Positions 59,130 through 64,000 of a stretch of DNA of 64,000 nt are shown here, piece by piece (the first letter of the stretch is position 1; each line of letters begins with the position of its first letter). The stretch lies in assembly GCA_963662585.1 (NCBI GenBank), contig OY759729.1, positions 320,001 to 384,000 of the forward strand, written 5' to 3'. The notes beneath the pieces were generated by a model. That model made no database searches. It was not told the origin of the DNA and worked only from the letters and a program-made list of their open reading frames with translations. This stretch comes from Candidatus Cloacimonadales bacterium. Lineage in GTDB: Bacteria > Cloacimonadota > Cloacimonadia > Cloacimonadales > JAFGVF01. Position numbers and translations under genes: made by a program.

Positions 59130-62033
59130 ATGAAAAAGGTACTGATTATAGCATTAACACTCATTATTACTTGTTCAATTTTTGCTAATGAGAAAAGAGA
59201 ATTTAGGTTTATTGAAGAGTTATATCAAAGGGATAATTTAGATTTTGCTCAGCAAGAAATAGAAAGGTTTAAAGCGAAATATCCCAATAGTGAATTTTAT
59301 TTAAAGGCTGATTATTACGAAGCAATGATTGCTTTCTTGCAGAATAACTTTGGGGAAGCAGATAGTAAGTTACTAAAATTAGAAAATAACAGTGATCAAG
59401 AGATCAAGCCTTTAGTAATTCTTGCTTTGATCCAAACAAAATTCTTTTTAGATGATTTTGTAGAGTCTGAGAAATATGCAGATTCTTTCTTGACTAATTA
59501 TTCAAATCATAGCAGTCGAGGCGAAGCCTATTATTGGAAAGGTAGAATTGCTCTTGAGAGAGATAATCTTGAGCTAGCAGAAGCAAATCTTAACAAGGCT
59601 AATGAAACTGAGCACTCTTCGATGATTAATTATTTGAGTTTTCAAATTAAACTTAAACAGAATAAAATCGCTCAAGCTAAAAGTGTTTTAGATTCCACTT
59701 ACAGAGCTTATGAGGATGAATTTACTAATCAGATAGTATTAGAATGGTTTGATTATCTTTACCAGAAATTAGATTATAAGGGAATTATCAAAGATGTAAA
59801 TTATCAAATACCAGAATATTCCCGACTTCATAGTGATTATGCCATAATTATTGGTCAAGCATACTATCAGTTAAAAAGATATGATGAAGCCCTTAGTGTT
59901 TTAAAAACAGTGCAACCAACTACAGATATTAAGCAGTTTCATATTGCTTTAGCCTACAAGGCCAAGGGTGATACCAAACTAGCTAATACTCTCTTTTCCG
60001 AATTAGCTAATTCATCTAAGATTGCTAAAATCCAAGAATTGAGTTTCTTTGAAATGATTAATTCTTCGATTGCTGTACCTCAGGGTAGCCAAGCAGAACA
60101 AGAGAGAATTAGAAATTCTAACTTACAGTATGAAAGTAGATTAACAGATTTTATTAAAGATAATCCTAATAGTAAATACCTAGGAAATGCTTATTACCTA
60201 AAAGGCTTTATCTATTACCTTAATGAAAATTATGAACCTGCCTTAGAATACTTCTTACAAGCTAATAATAGCACAATAGATAGTGACACAACTGAAAAGT
60301 TGCTTTTCTTGATTGGTGACATTTATTTTTTAACTACCCAGAAAAATAAAGCCATTTCCCTCTTTAACTACTATAAAGAACTTTACCCTAATGGACGCTA
60401 CTATGATGAAGTACTCTACAAAATAGGCTTAACCTACTTTGATTCTGGTGTATTTAGTGATTCAAACTCTACCCTATTAGAACTCTCAAAGAAATTCCCA
60501 AACTATAAACACATCTCTACTGTTTACTTCTATCTAGGTGAAATCAATACTATAAATAACAATTTGGAAGTTGCTTTAGATTGGTTCCAAATGTCTTTGC
60601 CTAAATCTACAGATCAAATGTCTGTTTGGATGAGAATAGCCGAAGTTAACTACCTGCTAGGTCAATGGCAAACTGCCTTCTCAGCCCTGGGTAATATCCC
60701 TGAAAGCCCACTTTATGACTTCCGAGTTAACTTAATCAAGGGTAATATCTACTACAATCTTAAAGATTATGATAAAGCAATTGAGCATTATAATATATCC
60801 TCAAACCAAGCAGTATCCTCAGAAGATGTATCTTTAATTACCAGTAGATTAGGTTGGACCTACTACCTCAAAGGTGATTTTGCCCAAGCTGAAAGAGCTT
60901 TTAGATCCTTATCTAACTTCTCAACTACTTCTGAAGATTACCTTATATTAGCAGGAAACTCTGCTCTCAACGGAAAACGCTTTAATGATGCCATTACCCT
61001 CTTTAAAGAGTTTATTCTCACCTACCCGATTAGTACTAAAACAAATTATGTAAAACTTAATTTAGGAGACTCATATTACAACCTGAAACAGTATAAAACA
61101 GCCTTTGATACTTATGCTGAAATTCTAGATAATAATCCTGATGGCAAAGAGCTTAAAAATGCCCTTCTAGGAATAAAATGGACTGTTCTTAACCACAAAG
61201 AGAGAGATTATCGTTCCGACTTAGCAACCTTAGCAAATAAAATCAAAGATAAAAGAATTTCTCAAACTCTTACCCAAATTACCTTACTTTATGAAAATGA
61301 AACCGAAAAGTGGGATGATGTGATAAAAACTGCTGAAGCACTGCTTAATAATTACCCCCAAGATAGTCAGAATAAAGTTATAAATCAAACCCTTGCCCTT
61401 GCTTACACAAATAAGAATCAATTTGAAAAAGCTGATTCTCTCTATGCAAACTTAACTCAATGGCATAAAGATGCAGAGCTCTTCTCAGCTTGGTCCAATG
61501 CCTTCTTATCACGAAAAGATACAACTAAAGCAATTAAAGTTTTGGATGATGCTCTTAAAATTTCTAATGAAATGGATATCTGGTTCAAAAGCTTAGAGCT
61601 AAAAGTAGAAACAAACTCTCCTTCTTTTGAAGCTTCTTATCAGAATTTCCTGACAATTGCCCAAGGAATTTCCAAAGACTATGGTCAGCTTCTCTATAAT
61701 GAGTGGAAGTTAAAGAATAAGCAAAAACCAGATTTGGATTACCTAAATATCCAAGCAGACTCACCAGATGATAGAATTGCTAGTCTAGCCTTTTATCTTA
61801 TCGGACTCAATAGCTTCACCCAAAAAGACTATGAAGCATGTGCCCTAAATATGATGAGAGTAACCTATCTTTTCCCTGATTTCAAAGAGCTAACCTATAA
61901 AGCAAGTTACTATCTTATTCTCTCCCAACACTACTTAGGAAATAAAGATAAGGCTCAACAAAACTTTGATTTATACCATAACTCACTTGCGAAATGGCAA
62001 ACTAATTACCTTCGTAACAAGCTCTTTAAGTAG
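59130..62033 (+). CDS. Large exported tetratricopeptide-repeat protein
   Basis: Signal peptide; many TPRs (AYYWKG, AYYLKG, VLYKIG, LGDSYY) with YP motifs; RBS GGAG. Confidence 0.85.
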   Translation: MKKVLIIALTLIITCSIFANEKREFRFIEELYQRDNLDFAQQEIERFKAKYPNSEFYLKADYYEAMIAFLQNNFGEADSKLLKLENNSDQEIKPLVILALIQTKFFLDDFVESEKYADSFLTNYSNHSSRGEAYYWKGRIALERDNLELAEANLNKANETEHSSMINYLSFQIKLKQNKIAQAKSVLDSTYRAYEDEFTNQIVLEWFDYLYQKLDYKGIIKDVNYQIPEYSRLHSDYAIIIGQAYYQLKRYDEALSVLKTVQPTTDIKQFHIALAYKAKGDTKLANTLFSELANSSKIAKIQELSFFEMINSSIAVPQGSQAEQERIRNSNLQYESRLTDFIKDNPNSKYLGNAYYLKGFIYYLNENYEPALEYFLQANNSTIDSDTTEKLLFLIGDIYFLTTQKNKAISLFNYYKELYPNGRYYDEVLYKIGLTYFDSGVFSDSNSTLLELSKKFPNYKHISTVYFYLGEINTINNNLEVALDWFQMSLPKSTDQMSVWMRIAEVNYLLGQWQTAFSALGNIPESPLYDFRVNLIKGNIYYNLKDYDKAIEHYNISSNQAVSSEDVSLITSRLGWTYYLKGDFAQAERAFRSLSNFSTTSEDYLILAGNSALNGKRFNDAITLFKEFILTYPISTKTNYVKLNLGDSYYNLKQYKTAFDTYAEILDNNPDGKELKNALLGIKWTVLNHKERDYRSDLATLANKIKDKRISQTLTQITLLYENETEKWDDVIKTAEALLNNYPQDSQNKVINQTLALAYTNKNQFEKADSLYANLTQWHKDAELFSAWSNAFLSRKDTTKAIKVLDDALKISNEMDIWFKSLELKVETNSPSFEASYQNFLTIAQGISKDYGQLLYNEWKLKNKQKPDLDYLNIQADSPDDRIASLAFYLIGLNSFTQKDYEACALNMMRVTYLFPDFKELTYKASYYLILSQHYLGNKDKAQQNFDLYHNSLAKWQTNYLRNKLFK

Positions 62034-62036
62034 GCC

Positions 62037-63473
62037 ATGATGAAATATCTACTAATAATCCTTATAAGCCTTATTTCTCTTGCAGTTCCAGCTCAAGATA
62101 TTCTCGAAAGTGAAAGAGAACCAATTGTTGTTGAGACAAAGGCTGACCTTCAGACAGAACTGGAACTCCTACCTATCAAATACCAGAGAGATGAGAAACC
62201 TGATTCCTTGCAGAAGTTCAACTACTCCTATCATGGCAGACCTCTCAAAAGTGATTTTATGCTATTTCCAGAAGGCCATTTAACTAATTATCTAAATCTA
62301 AGTAGTGGAAGTCATGATCTCTTTGGAGTAAGAAATGCCCTTTTCATTAAAAACTATAGCCTTAAGCTCGATTATCTCTATAGACAAGATGAAGGTGATA
62401 GAAAAGTTAATAGCTTCTCAATGCAGAACAAGCTAAGATTTAAGCAGACTTCCCTTGCTCTCTCTGCTGATTACTTGGATAGCAAAAAAGAAACTAATAC
62501 CCAAACTTCCAACAATAAAAGCAAAAATATAGCTCTCACCTACTCTATTAAAAACTCTGAGCTTAAGTATATTAATAAATTCTCAGTAAAAGGTCAGTTT
62601 GAACGAAACTCTCCTTCACTTACGCAAGACCAAGAAAACTACTGGAATATCTTTTCAGAATTGGAAGTTCAACCCCTAAATAATATATTTACTAATCTTA
62701 AATATTCCAATAACCATAAAGATTCCAAGGCTCAAATTCAACTCTTTTATCAGAATTACACAGGATTTGGCTTATGGAGTGGACTCACTAAAGATAAAGC
62801 AGTTATAGCCCCTTATCTTAAGCTCTACCTAAATTTTAGTAACTTTACCTTCAAACTTACTAATAGGCCTTATACTGAAGAGAAAAGCTTTGTTGAAGAA
62901 TATAAAAAGCATCCTTATGGAAATTATTCTCAAGAGAAAACAGATTTCTTTGTCCCTGGAAATGCTAATGCAGAAATCTCTTATTTCAACTTCCTAACTT
63001 GGTCTATCGGTTCCAACTATAAATATGCCCTAGATGCCCCTATCTACCGTTTAGGAAGCTTTGGCCAAGGAATCTATAATGATAGCTACTGGGAAACTTC
63101 TCACTATGCTAAAGCCTCTTACCAAAACAAAAAGATTAATCTCTCTACTAAAGGTGAAATTATTAACCATAATGATATGAACACTCACTTCCTTCCCTTT
63201 AGACCTGAATTAAGAATATCTAACTCAGCTTCCTTAAATTTAAAGAAATTTCTATTTGCTTTAGATTATATTTTCGAGACCAAAGCTCGCGATGACTATA
63301 ATGATCCACTGCAAGATTCTCATATTCTCAATGCTCAAGCTAATTATCAAATAAATAATAATATTTCTTTATGGTCTGAATTTACTAATTTACTCGATAA
63401 AAATAGTAATAATTACTTTCAAGATCAGATAAATCAAAGAGAATTTAAGGCTGGAATAAAATTATTTTTCTAA
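62037..63473 (+). CDS. Outer-membrane beta-barrel protein (TonB-dependent receptor-like C-terminus)
   Basis: Signal peptide; LNAQANYQI...NLLDK...REFKAGIKLFF C-terminal signature. Confidence 0.65.
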   Translation: MMKYLLIILISLISLAVPAQDILESEREPIVVETKADLQTELELLPIKYQRDEKPDSLQKFNYSYHGRPLKSDFMLFPEGHLTNYLNLSSGSHDLFGVRNALFIKNYSLKLDYLYRQDEGDRKVNSFSMQNKLRFKQTSLALSADYLDSKKETNTQTSNNKSKNIALTYSIKNSELKYINKFSVKGQFERNSPSLTQDQENYWNIFSELEVQPLNNIFTNLKYSNNHKDSKAQIQLFYQNYTGFGLWSGLTKDKAVIAPYLKLYLNFSNFTFKLTNRPYTEEKSFVEEYKKHPYGNYSQEKTDFFVPGNANAEISYFNFLTWSIGSNYKYALDAPIYRLGSFGQGIYNDSYWETSHYAKASYQNKKINLSTKGEIINHNDMNTHFLPFRPELRISNSASLNLKKFLFALDYIFETKARDDYNDPLQDSHILNAQANYQINNNISLWSEFTNLLDKNSNNYFQDQINQREFKAGIKLFF

Positions 63474-63599
63474 GATAATTAATTGATTTATAATAATTTG
63501 ATTGATATCTCTCATTATTTTAAAGAAATTTATTTAAATTTGTCTTGACACAAATACGGCTTTTTTATTATATGAAAAAACAATGATTGATGAAGATAT

Positions 63600-63674
63600 T
63601 CCGAAATAGCTCAGCGGTAGAGCGGATGGCTGTTAACCATTAGGTCGGGGGTTCAAATCCCTCTTTCGGAGCCA
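63600..63674 (+). tRNA. tRNA-Asn(GTT), copy 1
   Basis: TCCGAAA..TAGCTCAGCGGTAGAGC, GATGG-CTGTTAA-CCATT, GGTTCAAATCC, TTTCGGA-G-CCA. Confidence 0.95.
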
Positions 63675-63717
63675 TAAATTAGGCTCTCTTCGGAGAGCCA
63701 CTTACTTGATCTTTTAT

Positions 63718-63792
63718 TCCGAAATAGCTCAGCGGTAGAGCGGATGGCTGTTAACCATTAGGTCGGGGGTTCAAATCCCTCTTTCGGAGCCA
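63718..63792 (+). tRNA. tRNA-Asn(GTT), copy 2
   Basis: Identical 75-nt sequence starting 118 bp after copy 1. Confidence 0.95.
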
Positions 63793-63800
63793 TAAATTTA

Positions 63801-63826
63801 AGCCTTCCTAACGGAAGGCTTTTTTG
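63801..63826 (+). terminator. Rho-independent terminator after the tRNA-Asn pair
   Basis: AAGCCTTCC-TAAC-GGAAGGCTT followed by a T run. Confidence 0.85.
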
Positions 63827-63868
63827 CTTTATAGATAATTAATGATGTAAAATTATTTGGATTTCTAT

Positions 63869-63998
63869 TATAAAGTGACACCCTATTTTGCCACTTTGTG
63901 ACACCTATTTTGCCACTTTTTCGACAGCTTTAATATTTAAATCATTATATATTATATGATTAGCGTGTTTTCAAAAGTGACAGCAATTTAGCCACATT
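63869..63998 (+). repeat. Three copies of a GTGACA-N8/9-GCCAC motif (candidate protein-binding sites or transposon end)
   Basis: Copies at 63875, 63898 and 63977. Confidence 0.6.
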
Positions 63999-64000
63999 GA

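Overview
AT-rich bacterial chromosomal window with outer-membrane proteins and heptose/LPS genes, so a diderm. The gene set suggests an anaerobe such as Cloacimonadota, but this is inference only. Most genes are on the minus strand. Contents in order: end of a DRTGG/anti-sigma kinase/[FeFe]-hydrogenase-like cluster, pepT, SRAP, a sugar ABC ATPase, purA, an accessory patch (nonsense-interrupted OMP, three VOC proteins, APH-family kinase), secG with tRNA-Leu, trpS, pbpC with alpha-2-macroglobulin, a MoxR/Bat operon, a long housekeeping run (der, plsY, purF, rfaE1/E2, folB, folK-glmU fusion, HIT, rsfS, argS), a type I restriction-modification island, a TPR/outer-membrane pair and two tRNA-Asn genes. 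Most notable observations: (1) co-oriented GC-rich intergenic mosaics built from reshuffled hairpin modules with compensatory base changes, which also bracket the RM island as ~350-bp direct and 24-bp inverted repeats; (2) a tRNA-Leu with the rare anticodon AAG; (3) ArgRS with a 154-aa Lys-rich tail and a non-canonical HIGH motif; (4) a folK-glmU read-through fusion that keeps an internal RBS and ATG; (5) a thioester-less macroglobulin next to pbpC; (6) a possible transposon end downstream of tRNA-Asn at the window edge. No database searches were run. Product calls come from recognising motifs in the translations.
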